DNA of 64,000 nt from a virus (IMGVR_UViG_3300005529_000010:827-64826); one strand, 5' to 3'; shown: positions 1 through 9,020, counted from the first letter of the stretch. The notes: generated by a model not told the origin, from the letters alone. A program made the numbers and translations.

Positions 1-120
1 GCGCTTCTTAAAGTTCTTCGTGAACGGCCGACCCGTTTTCGGGTTGGCGCCCCACCGCGCCTCATAGGTTGTCTTCCCCGTCCGCTTGCTGACACGCGGG
101 AATATGCTGCTGCTTGCCAT
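1..120 (-). CDS. int: Tyrosine integrase, N-terminal part (runs off left edge)
   Basis: Manual translation from ATG at 120: MASSSIFPRVSKRTGKTTYEARWGANPKTGRPFTKNFKKR, open to base 1; resembles an integrase arm-binding N-terminus; same strand as the C-terminal part at the right edge. Confidence 0.7.
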   Translation of the reverse strand, partial: MASSSIFPRVSKRTGKTTYEARWGANPKTGRPFTKNFKKR

Positions 121-159
121 CTCACCACACAACCCGTCCGTTGACCGTCCCAGCTTATT

Positions 160-174
160 CGGACAAACTGTCCG
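160..174. promoter_or_regulatory. Palindromic operator copy 1 (CGGACAAACTGTCCG)
   Basis: Perfect CGGACA-N3-TGTCCG in the divergent gap between int and the 220 gene; TTGACC at 141-146. Confidence 0.8.
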
Positions 175-219
175 GAAAAGCAACTGTTAAAACACGACAT
201 TTCACAGGAGAACAGGACT

Positions 220-1260
220 ATGGCGGTACAGCCAAAAGGATACGTGAACGGCGTTCGGAAGCTCTCATGCGAGATCATCGACGTCGACAAGCGCCTGGCT
301 GGACATCTTTTGAAATCAACGCTCTTCCCCCGTCAGAGGGACGTGTCTCAGCAGCAGGTGGACCGCTACGTAAGCGAGATGCGTCACGGCTGGTGGATAC
401 CCGGCTCACCTCTGTTTTTTGCGGTCCTGCCGAACGACGACATGTTTCTCTTAAATGGCCAGCATTCTTTATCGGCCGTCGTCGCCTCGGGGATCAGCCA
501 GCCCTTCACGGCCACGTTTTACGGTTGCCGCGACATGGATGAAGCCGGGCACCTCTACTCGCGATTTGATATCCATCGCCGCCGGAGCTGGAACGATGCC
601 TATAAGGCGGCCGGCTTCCACGAGAAATTCAGCCTTCACAAAACCTGGATCGGCGCCTTTGGGTCGTCGATTCGGCTGCTGCTCGCCCGCTTCCGCCCAT
701 ACGATCGGGAATTCAGCGAAATGCTGTACAGCCGCGAAATGCAGCTCCGGATCTTCGAGGGCTACATCCCGCACGCGAACGCCTACATCGACGCGTTGGC
801 CCACACGACCGGCGTCCGGTCGCTGGTATGGCGCCGGTCCGGCGTGATGAGCGTCGCGATGGAGCTGTTCCGCTACCAGCCCAAGAAGGCGGCGGAGTTT
901 TTCCGCCTCGCCTCGAACGACGATAGGCTGCCGAAGGGCGAAGGCCCCAAGGTGCTCCTCGACTATCTGAACTACACGAACGGCATGTCGTGGGAGAACC
1001 GCCAGCTCATGGCCTACACGACCATGCTGTGCTGGAACGCCTTTTGGCGCGGCGACCTGGTCGGCCAGGTGCAGCCTGGCCGCGTCACCGATATGAGGCT
1101 CCTCGGCACGCCCTGGTCGAAGGCGGGCTATGATCCTTTCGCCGGCCAGTTCGCCGAGCTGGAAAAGACCGTCAAGCCGGTAAAATACGAGAAGTTCACC
1201 ACGGGCATGCTTTTCACCGGCCAGGGCGAGCGAATTCCGGTCACGCAGGCGGCCCAATGA
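220..1260 (+). CDS. ParB/Srx-fold (DGQHR-like) phage protein
   Basis: RDVSQQQVDRYVSEM..GWW...LLNGQHSLSAVV matches the degenerate DGQHR pattern; RBS AGGAG/AGGA upstream. Confidence 0.6.
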   Translation: MAVQPKGYVNGVRKLSCEIIDVDKRLAGHLLKSTLFPRQRDVSQQQVDRYVSEMRHGWWIPGSPLFFAVLPNDDMFLLNGQHSLSAVVASGISQPFTATFYGCRDMDEAGHLYSRFDIHRRRSWNDAYKAAGFHEKFSLHKTWIGAFGSSIRLLLARFRPYDREFSEMLYSREMQLRIFEGYIPHANAYIDALAHTTGVRSLVWRRSGVMSVAMELFRYQPKKAAEFFRLASNDDRLPKGEGPKVLLDYLNYTNGMSWENRQLMAYTTMLCWNAFWRGDLVGQVQPGRVTDMRLLGTPWSKAGYDPFAGQFAELEKTVKPVKYEKFTTGMLFTGQGERIPVTQAAQ

Positions 1261-1458
1261 ATGATGTTTCTCAATGTGCTGATGGCGCTAAATTTCGGGC
1301 TATCGGCCGGCAACCTCTACCTGCTGCGCCAGAACCGGAAATTACATCTCGTTCTCAGTAATGAGATCGCCGCTTGGCAATCCATGAACAACGAAATGAT
1401 CGGCACTCTCGCGGCGGAGCGCAGGCGAGCAAGCGACTCTCACCACGGAGCGGAATGA
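1261..1458 (+). CDS. Small protein with N-terminal hydrophobic helix
   Basis: Abuts previous stop; tightly packed operon. Confidence 0.55.
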   Translation: MMFLNVLMALNFGLSAGNLYLLRQNRKLHLVLSNEIAAWQSMNNEMIGTLAAERRRASDSHHGAE

Positions 1459-1707
1459 ATGGCCTGGAAAGCAAGGACGGGACAGAGGATCGAGACGATC
1501 TATGCCTGGGTCGCAACCGAGCCTGACGGCGGCGAGGGCATCGTGGCGTCGAACTTCGGCGGCGGCACGATGTATCCGCTGATCGGCGCCGACACGGAGC
1601 GCATCGAAAGCATGCGGGAGGAAGCTCTCCGGATCGCGAAGCTGACCGGCTTTCCGATCAAGCTGGTCGAGTTCACAGCCCGGCGCGAGCTGGAGAGCCA
1701 CGGGTGA
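1459..1707 (+). CDS. Hypothetical phage protein
   Basis: GGAG RBS; coupled to neighbours. Confidence 0.65.
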   Translation: MAWKARTGQRIETIYAWVATEPDGGEGIVASNFGGGTMYPLIGADTERIESMREEALRIAKLTGFPIKLVEFTARRELESHG

Positions 1708-1985
1708 GCTGGCACCCCTACATCATCCTCGCGATGAACATCGTTATCGTGATGCTGGCTGGGCTGCTGTGGATCAAGCGGCTCCGGCGCTGGCTCCACG
1801 CGATTGTTATCATCGTCAACCTCGGCTCGGCCTCACTGTTTTTGTACGAGATCTGGCCGAACGCATCGGCGGGCTGCTTCCCGTGGAGCCCGGCCGAGGT
1901 CGAGTTCTATCAGGGCATGACCCTCTGCCCGCACCAGCGGGCCCGCGTGACAATCCCCTTGGCGCTGCCATGGCCGAACACGTAA
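1704..1985 (+). CDS. Small membrane protein
   Basis: GTGA overlap; two hydrophobic segments. Confidence 0.6.
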   Translation: MSWHPYIILAMNIVIVMLAGLLWIKRLRRWLHAIVIIVNLGSASLFLYEIWPNASAGCFPWSPAEVEFYQGMTLCPHQRARVTIPLALPWPNT

Positions 1986-2254
1986 AAAATCAGCAAGAGA
2001 TCATGCGGGCGATATGGCTCGTCATCGACTCCCAAAAGGAGGTCGGCGCCGACGCGCACACGATCCACGAGATGGCCCGCACGCCAGGCGCGCGCGGCGG
2101 CTTCCGTCCGATCGACTTTTCGGTTCTGATGTTCGTGCTCGGATTGATGCACGGGATGAACCGGATCGACTTCGCCGATCGCGACCAGCCTTGGACCGGG
2201 GAATGGTCGGACGTCCGATGGAAGACGGTCCCGCAGGCGGAGTGGCGCGAATGA
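1970..2254 (+). CDS. Hypothetical protein
   Basis: Internal ATG (MAEHVKNQQE) of ORF 1769..2254 fits operon packing. Confidence 0.55.
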   Translation: MAEHVKNQQEIMRAIWLVIDSQKEVGADAHTIHEMARTPGARGGFRPIDFSVLMFVLGLMHGMNRIDFADRDQPWTGEWSDVRWKTVPQAEWRE

Positions 2255-2454
2255 CCCTGCTGCATGTTGCCTGGATTCTCGACGCCGTCCTGTTGGCGCG
2301 ATCGTGGGTCTATCTGGTCAACGTCACCGACCACTACGTGGTCGTGCAGGGCCGGAAGATTGCCGACAACAACACCGGCAAGCCGGTATGGCTGAAAGAG
2401 TATCCGCACCGTCGAGCGCGCGTGTGGAAGACTTGGCGAATTGTGAAAAAATAA
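2251..2454 (+). CDS. Small membrane protein
   Basis: ATGA overlap; MTLLHVAWILDAVLLARSWVYL. Confidence 0.5.
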   Translation: MTLLHVAWILDAVLLARSWVYLVNVTDHYVVVQGRKIADNNTGKPVWLKEYPHRRARVWKTWRIVKK

Positions 2455-2462
2455 AAGCCACG

Positions 2463-2500
2463 AAAAAGCCCCGGCCGGGTTGCTGCGCCTGGTCGGGGCT
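2463..2500 (-). terminator. Intrinsic terminator between convergent operons
   Basis: Stem agccccggccggg / cctggtcggggct with an A-run on the left (U-tract on minus strand). Confidence 0.65.
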
Positions 2501-2556
2501 AAGGTTTCCATTGGGTATGGAAGTGATGCTGCGCCCGAGTCGCGGGCGCGTCAATA

Positions 2557-3900
2557 CTATCCGTTGTCTCCCGGGTACTGCCCGTTCTGGAACAGTGCCA
2601 GCACCTCCGGCGGGAACGGGATCGGCGCGGTCGCCGGCAGATCCTGCGGCGTGCCCGTGATCACAACATTGCCGGTGAAGTCCGGCCGGGGCCCGATGAA
2701 GATCGGGTTGTTGAGCGTGATCGTGCGGCCGCCCTCGACCACGATGTGAGCGACCCCGACATAATTCACAAAGACCGGGCTATCGTCGAACCAATCCTGC
2801 TGCCAATCGCCGGCCTCGGCATCCTGGTCATGGGTGATGAAATTGTGGTTCGGGGCGCCGGCGCCCTTGATGTAGATATTGTTCTTCCCCTGCCATTTGC
2901 CGCCGTCTGAATTGTCGACGCACGCGCCGTTGCCGCCCAGCCCAGAGCCCGGGATCAGCCGCGAATCGAACACGCAGCCGGTCATGATGTGCGAACCGGC
3001 GCGGCTCTTGAATTCGTGGGCGTAAAGCGACTTCCGCCACACCGAATGAGTCGCGGTCACGACGTCGAGATCAGAGATCCCGCCGTCTTCGTTCAGGTAC
3101 GTGTTGTGCGTGCAGCCGGTCGTCGAGCACGAGTCGGTGCCGTTGTGGTGGAAATGGGAGTTGAAGAAATTCACGTTGCCGCCGAGCCCGCGCGCGCCCT
3201 GCTGGCAGCCGTACACCTCGACGTGATCGAGGGTGTAGTCATAGGGCGCGGCCGGATGCCCGTGAGCGCCGTTGCACACACCCGCCGCGTTCTGCCCGTC
3301 GGCCTGCGACACGTCCCATTGCCGGATCGTGATGTTCGACAGTACCGCGCCGCCAGGCACCGAGGAGCCTTCGAACACAGCCATGGCCTTGCGGTAGATC
3401 GGCCGCTTTTTTGTGCCGTCAAAAATCGTCGCGGCCGCCGTGCCGACCTGGCACTCCATGCCGGCGCCGGTCACCTTGGCGTTGTTCGTGATGTCCATCA
3501 CCTGCGTAAAGAGCCCGGACGGAATCACAGTGTCGACCGAGATCGGCCCGGTGTCCGGATTGGGCGGAACCGGCAGCACGGGGTTTGAATATTTCTGCTG
3601 GTCGGTCGATGTCGCGCTCGGCGTCGGCACCGGCATGAACGGCTGATCCGACGGCGCGGCCGTGCGCTGGACCCAATCCGCCGGCGGGGGCGGAGGCGGA
3701 GGCGACGGCGGCGAGACCGGGATGGCATGGATCGCCGCGAGCACCGAAGCGAACTGCGCGTCCATGTCCGCCTTCAATGCGGCGATGGCCTGCAGGATCG
3801 CCGGCTGGGTCGCAGCAGATATGTCGGCGGCGGAGGGGATCGACCCCGCAAGCGTGATCGGCTTGCCCTGAAATGTCCCCGTGAGAATGAGATTTTGCAT
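2557..3900 (-). CDS. Right-handed beta-helix (pectin-lyase-like) protein, possible depolymerase
   Basis: NAAGV..LDHVEVYGCQQG..NSHFHHNG..THNTY..HEFKSRA pattern; N-terminal helix and poly-Pro linker; GGAGG RBS before ATG 3900. Confidence 0.7.
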   Translation of the reverse strand: MQNLILTGTFQGKPITLAGSIPSAADISAATQPAILQAIAALKADMDAQFASVLAAIHAIPVSPPSPPPPPPPADWVQRTAAPSDQPFMPVPTPSATSTDQQKYSNPVLPVPPNPDTGPISVDTVIPSGLFTQVMDITNNAKVTGAGMECQVGTAAATIFDGTKKRPIYRKAMAVFEGSSVPGGAVLSNITIRQWDVSQADGQNAAGVCNGAHGHPAAPYDYTLDHVEVYGCQQGARGLGGNVNFFNSHFHHNGTDSCSTTGCTHNTYLNEDGGISDLDVVTATHSVWRKSLYAHEFKSRAGSHIMTGCVFDSRLIPGSGLGGNGACVDNSDGGKWQGKNNIYIKGAGAPNHNFITHDQDAEAGDWQQDWFDDSPVFVNYVGVAHIVVEGGRTITLNNPIFIGPRPDFTGNVVITGTPQDLPATAPIPFPPEVLALFQNGQYPGDNG

Positions 3901-3931
3901 GGGGCCTGCCCCCTCCTCCGGTTTTGGGCCT

Positions 3932-4372
3932 TTACGGGGTCGTGCCGGGCACGAAGGAGCCGAACTGGCCAGAGACCGGGCCACCAGCCACGCTTTGATC
4001 GGTGACGTCGGTCGTGAAGCTGAACGGGCCGTTGGCGCCGGTGCCGCTCCAGGTCAGCGTCGAGGTGATGTTGGCGGCCGTCATGGTGGCGTTGACCGCC
4101 TGGCCGTCGGCCGACAGCGCGACCTGCACGGTCGGGTCAGAAGACGAGACAGAGCCGCCGGCCGGGCCCGGAACGTTGTTGCCGTTTGCGTCCTGGAAAA
4201 TCAGCGGACAGGTAAACGGCGTATTCACGGTGAGTTGTTGCATAGCCACGATGATCTCTCCTTTGGGGGTGGTGGTGTAAGCGCCGGCAAACCGCCCTCT
4301 CACAGGCGGGCCGAATTCTTCCGCAAGCAGGGCTTGGAGAAGCTCGATGATCAGTTTTTTGAACAGGCTCAT
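3932..4372 (-). CDS. Ig-like beta-sandwich protein
   Basis: ATGA-coupled to the protease; DANGN...SSSDPTV beta-rich pattern. Confidence 0.55.
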   Translation of the reverse strand: MSLFKKLIIELLQALLAEEFGPPVRGRFAGAYTTTPKGEIIVAMQQLTVNTPFTCPLIFQDANGNNVPGPAGGSVSSSDPTVQVALSADGQAVNATMTAANITSTLTWSGTGANGPFSFTTDVTDQSVAGGPVSGQFGSFVPGTTP

Positions 4373-5145
4373 GTCTTGCTCGTGAGCGTGACGGTCCAAA
4401 AATCCGCACAAAGATCGGAGTCGGTGATGTAGGTGTAGGGCATCCAGAAATGGCCGTTCAGCGTCGGGTCGCTCCAGCCGGTGCCCCAGCCCGTGCCCCA
4501 GCTATTGCGGCACAGGACGGCCTGCATTGCGTTGTCGTAGCCCACTGCGCACACGGCATGTCCGCCGATCGGTTCGTCCGCTGGATTCGGCAGCTCGACG
4601 ATCGGGATCGTCGCCGGATCGATGTTCTCGAATTGCTGGAAGACGGAAAATCCGAACACGAACGGCAGACCGCTCGCCAGGCAGGTTTTCAAAACCGAGA
4701 GCGCCGTCCCGTCGATGCTGCGGTAGGCGTAGGCGCGGTGCTCCAGAGCGTTCGTGAAGTCACCGATCGGGGGCTCGTCCGCAAACTTCGTGATGTCGTA
4801 AGGCCAGTCCGCTTCCGTGCAGACGCCGTTCCAACCCAGCGTGTGCAGCCCGTCGCGGATCTCGGCGCCAGCATCGACCCCAACCGTGCCCTCGATGGCG
4901 CGCTCATTGAAATAGATGAACAGCCGAGACGGCGTGATGAACGGCAGACCTTCCTTGCCGCGTACGAAGTCGAAAGCGGCGGCGATGGCGTTGGCGGTGC
5001 AGCTCCCGAGCTGGCCTTGGTCGTAAATCGGCGGCGCCTTGGCGTGCAGATCGACGGCCGGCGGAAGCGCAATTGCTGTCGGCCGATACATGTAATCTCG
5101 ATGATCGAGGCGATCACGGCGCCAGCCGTAGCGCGCGATCTTCAT
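4369..5145 (-). CDS. Papain-like C1A cysteine protease (xylellain-like)
   Basis: YGW..D..D.RD pro-segment, DQGQLGSCTANA (catalytic Cys), GGHAV (His), RNSWG (Asn). Confidence 0.92.
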   Translation of the reverse strand: MKIARYGWRRDRLDHRDYMYRPTAIALPPAVDLHAKAPPIYDQGQLGSCTANAIAAAFDFVRGKEGLPFITPSRLFIYFNERAIEGTVGVDAGAEIRDGLHTLGWNGVCTEADWPYDITKFADEPPIGDFTNALEHRAYAYRSIDGTALSVLKTCLASGLPFVFGFSVFQQFENIDPATIPIVELPNPADEPIGGHAVCAVGYDNAMQAVLCRNSWGTGWGTGWSDPTLNGHFWMPYTYITDSDLCADFWTVTLTSKT

Positions 5146-5432
5146 GGGCGGATGACCTGCATCGGCATGTTCGCCGGCATGACGATTGTCGGAACCGGCG
5201 GCACGACGTTCATGCCCTGCTTCACGTCGCATTGCGGGGAGACTTCGGTCGAGTTCTGGTTCACCCGATTCACGGTGATGTCCTCGAAAGCCGAATTGAT
5301 GTGCACGCACCCGGTCGCCGTCACCGGCAGAGCGGCCGCGATTTTCGAGGCGTCGCTACAGCCGCCGCTGAGCCCGAGGGCACACATCAGGCCAACGAGC
5401 GCGAGCGCGCCCGAGATCGAGCGCCAGTTCAT
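5142..5432 (-). CDS. Lipoprotein, putative spanin component
   Basis: Hydrophobic signal ending LSGGC lipobox-like; follows the holin candidate; Pro-rich tail. Confidence 0.55.
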   Translation of the reverse strand: MNWRSISGALALVGLMCALGLSGGCSDASKIAAALPVTATGCVHINSAFEDITVNRVNQNSTEVSPQCDVKQGMNVVPPVPTIVMPANMPMQVIRP

Positions 5433-5629
5433 TGCCCACCAATCTGGTGCGGCGTGAAAAACACGGCGGCGGAAACGATGAGCGTCTGCAGCGCGCCGAC
5501 CACCTCATTCGGGAGCTGGTGGCCGGAGTCGGCGACGTAGGTATCGAACAGATAGACGAGGATTATGGTCAGCGCGCCGGCCAGCGCGGAGGCGACCGTT
5601 TTCGCTACTCCAGGTGTCGGGTCGGCCAT
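5429..5629 (-). CDS. Putative holin (2 TM)
   Basis: 66 aa, two hydrophobic helices, downstream of endolysin. Confidence 0.6.
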   Translation of the reverse strand: MADPTPGVAKTVASALAGALTIILVYLFDTYVADSGHQLPNEVVGALQTLIVSAAVFFTPHQIGGQ

Positions 5630-5674
5630 TTTTGCGGCCTCAATTTCGAAGGTTGATTTCGCGGCAACAATAAC

Positions 5675-5689
5675 CGGACAGATCGTCCG
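5675..5689. promoter_or_regulatory. Operator copy 2 (CGGACAGATCGTCCG)
   Basis: Extends to AACCGGAC-N5-GTCCGGTT; AT-rich gap between endolysin and holin. Confidence 0.75.
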
Positions 5690-5742
5690 GTTCAATTACT
5701 GTTTTTGCGGGAAATTCGCCAATAAAAGAAATGGATAATATT

Positions 5743-6153
5743 TTATGTGAGGTCATAGAATTGCTGTCGTCCGATCACCGCGAGCGGCTCGCGCGGCGGC
5801 AGCGGCCAATGCGCTGGCCACCCTTCCCAGTTCGCCTTGTAGCTTGTGGCTCCGTGGGTGATGTCGGCGAGGTCGCCCGAGATCGCCTCGGCCGCGATCG
5901 TCAGTGCTTCGGCGAACGTCGGATCGGTCTCGTCGACCTCTTCGAGCTGCTTGCGGTTCACGTCGTGCGGCATCCAGCAATCGAATTGCTCGCGCGCCAG
6001 GCATACCGAGATCACGTCGTGCCCCCACCAGGTCGGATCGGACACGCGGTTCATGACCACGTTGGCGACGGCCTGCATGCCGTCCCAACCGTCGCCGCGC
6101 GCCTCCCCCCAGATTGTGCGCGCAAGCACGTCACGAGGGTCGGCGAGATTCAT
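5743..6153 (-). CDS. Endolysin, SleB/Hydrolase_2 cell wall hydrolase
   Basis: LARTIWGEARG..GMQAVANVVMNRV..QFDCW..DITHGAT. Confidence 0.9.
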   Translation of the reverse strand: MNLADPRDVLARTIWGEARGDGWDGMQAVANVVMNRVSDPTWWGHDVISVCLAREQFDCWMPHDVNRKQLEEVDETDPTFAEALTIAAEAISGDLADITHGATSYKANWEGWPAHWPLPPREPLAVIGRQQFYDLT

Positions 6154-6548
6154 TTGCCGAATAGCTTGGTCAGCACGAAGCCTATGGCGGTGCCGACCAG
6201 GCCGGCGATCCCGGTCCACCAGGCGCGATTGATCGAGCTGTGCAGCGCGCCGCGATCCTGTTCGCGCTCGACGGCGCGCAGCCGCCGCTCCCAATCGAGC
6301 CCATCGACCAACCGGTTTGATGCCTTGTAATCCGAGATGACGCTTTCAAGTGCGCGGAGCCGCTTTTCATATTCGATGTAATCGATCTGCAGCTTGTTCG
6401 CCCGCTCGTGATGTGCCGCGAAGCGGTCGTTCGTCGTCTCATTGAGCGAATCGTATTGTTGCTCCAGTCGTGTTAAGCGGTCGCGTTCTTCGGGCGTCAT
6501 ATCGGCATTCTGGCGGCCGGCAATCTCCACAACCTCCGCGACAGACAT
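6150..6548 (-). CDS. Coiled-coil protein with C-terminal TM (XhlA/holin-associated-like)
   Basis: RLTRLEQ/RLRALE/RLRAVE heptads plus one C-terminal TM; ATGA-coupled to endolysin. Confidence 0.6.
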   Translation of the reverse strand: MSVAEVVEIAGRQNADMTPEERDRLTRLEQQYDSLNETTNDRFAAHHERANKLQIDYIEYEKRLRALESVISDYKASNRLVDGLDWERRLRAVEREQDRGALHSSINRAWWTGIAGLVGTAIGFVLTKLFGK

Positions 6549-6605
6549 CCTAGCAGCCTCGCGCGAGTATTCGTCTCACGAATTTCGCCCCCGGTAGGCC
6601 ACCCT

Positions 6606-9020
6606 TCATCGCATCGCCAGCCGCTTTGAGCGGAAGCTCGGGGCGGCAACGAGCGCCGAGTCCCATTCGGAATAGAGAGCTTGCATGAATTTGGAGCTGG
6701 GCTCGTTGTCGTTGGCCGGGTCGTTCATGCCCATGCCGCGCAAAAGCAGCCCGCCGCCGCCAAGGAATGTCCCGGGCGACTCCGCCATGATCGTCGCGAT
6801 GTCGGTCACCAGCGCGCTTTCCTGCGTGCGGCGCAGATACCAGGCATTGCCCGACGGTGTCGCGTTGAAGCAGTTGTTGTTAACGGTGCAGCCGGTGACC
6901 GCGCCAATCACCTGCGTTGCGTTGTTGCCGCCAGCAACGACCATCCAGCCGCCCTTGCCGCTGAGACCCTGATATGCGTACTGGAACCAATAGGTCCAGA
7001 GGTCCCAGTACGTGCGATAGCAAGCCGCCGCCGGGAAGGACGAACAGCTTGAGCCGCCATGTCCGGCCGCCACTGCCTGGGACGAAGATTTCATCCCATC
7101 TTCGCCCGGCACTGTCGCCGCGTTCAGCGTGTTGACGAAGCCGCCGTAAATCCAGCCTTGGGAGGGGAACGGCACGGAGCCACCGGCCACAGGGTTCGTG
7201 TTCTCCACGCCGGAATAGACGCGCGGGCCGGTGTAATTCGAGGCCAGATTGTTCCAGTCGCTCGGGACCTGGCTGCAATTGTATTCGAGCCCAGTGCTCC
7301 AATACGCCGAGGTCGGCATATTGCATTGCATTAGGATGATGCCGGCGACATTCGCGTTGAGCGTCGACAGGTGATTCGTGACCAGCAGTTGGTCGATCGC
7401 CGACTGGCCACCATTGGCAAGCCAGACACCGGAGTTCGCCGCAATGATGTCGGCCCAAAGCCACTCGGCATCGGGATAGTTGCCGCGATCCGTGTTGGTC
7501 GTCACCGCCGAGAGGGTTGCTCCAGAACCGCCGCCGCTTAGAGAGGTAAGAGTGCAAGCGCTCGTGCAATTCGGCGCGGTCGAATAGCTGGATAGCTGCG
7601 TCATTTGCGCGAGCGTCGAGCCCCAATATTCGCGCATGGTGGCGATGCCAGTGTTCGCTCCGGCTGTCGTCGTCAAAACCTTCCACTGCTGCCGCTGCGT
7701 GGTGTCGTTGGTCTCCAGCGTGCCGCAATTCGTTCCGCCACACGACGCGCCTAGCTGAACGATGTCGCCGACGTTGTAGCCAGTCCCAGCGTTGCCGATG
7801 GTCCAGGCGGTGATTCCGACATCGGTCTTGTCCCAGGGCCGGAAATCGGTCTCGACGTTCCCGAACCCGTCATCGGTGTTGCCGTAGGCCGTGTTCGTAC
7901 CCTGGTACGCACCGACCGGCACCCGCCCATCCAAGGCCCAATAATGCAGCAGCGCGCGGAAAGCGCTGGCGCACGCGACATTGCGCGCGTTCGAAGCCAT
8001 CGACAGAAGCTGATTGGCGTTGCGATACACGCCGTCCGCCAAAATTTGGAACGTGATCCAGTCGTCCGCGTCCGAGCAGTCTTTCTCGAACATGATCTTT
8101 TGGTTTTGCGCTGGCGCGCTGAGCGTCGATCCGTTGTTCTGGTAGAACAGCGAGTGATACGTCAGCGCAATATCCAGCGGGAAATTCGACGACGGTCCGA
8201 GGCGCGAGGTGCTACCTTCCGGCCCATTTACGCTGTAGAGCGCGAGGTCCTGCCAAGTGACGGCAGTGCTGTTGTTCGCCTCGGCAATGATGACTGATGT
8301 GCCGCCATTCCAGCTCGCCGCGCCGGGGTTGCTGCCGCCGGTCAGGACTGCCGGAAACGCGGCGCCGTCCTGATAGAACGTGAAGTCGCTGCTGGTGCCG
8401 GTGCCGCCGCCATTGTCGCAGACTCCGATATGGTGCGGCGACGTGCCGACGAGGTTGGGTGAGTTCTGTGCGGCGAACGTGCCGCCAACGCCCGTAACCG
8501 TCGTCGGACTGAAGAATACGCGGACGTTCGTGCCGTCGATGTTTTCGACGCCGAAATACCAGGACGTGAAGTGCGGGGAGCCGGTGGTCAGTTCGTAAAC
8601 CGCAATCGCGGCGTTGCCGGACGAGGGCAGCGCACCGGAGGGGACCTTAACCAGGACCTCCATGCACCAGCCTTTGTTGTAGTCGATGTTCGAGTATGCG
8701 CTCGATCCGGTGTTGGCGTTGGTCGTCCAGGTCGCTGCGTTCGTGACGCTGATTGCAGTCGGCGGCGACCCGCCACCCTCAAGCGCTGTCACGCCACACG
8801 TCGCGCCCGAGCCCGTCAGAGTCGCGGTGTACGCATTCGAGGAGCTGTCGTGCAGCGTCGTGCACGGACTCGCTGCTTCGTCGAATTTCCAGAGGCTGAT
8901 GAGCGAGGACTGGCTGAGGATGTCCTGCTGGTAGTTGCTTGTGGCGCGCACCTCTCCGATCGCGAGAAGCGCGAGCAGCAACCCGAAAATCGCGCGACGC
9001 ATCATCTTTTGGTTGCTCAC
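6606..9020 (-). CDS. Signal-peptide protein: LamG/concanavalin-like domain plus nucleoside-hydrolase-like domain
   Basis: RRAIFGLLLALLAIGEVRA signal; LISLWKFDE..LHDSS LamG start; IMFEKDCSDADD..EYN..YSGVE..YWD. Confidence 0.65.
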   Translation of the reverse strand: MSNQKMMRRAIFGLLLALLAIGEVRATSNYQQDILSQSSLISLWKFDEAASPCTTLHDSSSNAYTATLTGSGATCGVTALEGGGSPPTAISVTNAATWTTNANTGSSAYSNIDYNKGWCMEVLVKVPSGALPSSGNAAIAVYELTTGSPHFTSWYFGVENIDGTNVRVFFSPTTVTGVGGTFAAQNSPNLVGTSPHHIGVCDNGGGTGTSSDFTFYQDGAAFPAVLTGGSNPGAASWNGGTSVIIAEANNSTAVTWQDLALYSVNGPEGSTSRLGPSSNFPLDIALTYHSLFYQNNGSTLSAPAQNQKIMFEKDCSDADDWITFQILADGVYRNANQLLSMASNARNVACASAFRALLHYWALDGRVPVGAYQGTNTAYGNTDDGFGNVETDFRPWDKTDVGITAWTIGNAGTGYNVGDIVQLGASCGGTNCGTLETNDTTQRQQWKVLTTTAGANTGIATMREYWGSTLAQMTQLSSYSTAPNCTSACTLTSLSGGGSGATLSAVTTNTDRGNYPDAEWLWADIIAANSGVWLANGGQSAIDQLLVTNHLSTLNANVAGIILMQCNMPTSAYWSTGLEYNCSQVPSDWNNLASNYTGPRVYSGVENTNPVAGGSVPFPSQGWIYGGFVNTLNAATVPGEDGMKSSSQAVAAGHGGSSCSSFPAAACYRTYWDLWTYWFQYAYQGLSGKGGWMVVAGGNNATQVIGAVTGCTVNNNCFNATPSGNAWYLRRTQESALVTDIATIMAESPGTFLGGGGLLLRGMGMNDPANDNEPSSKFMQALYSEWDSALVAAPSFRSKRLAMR

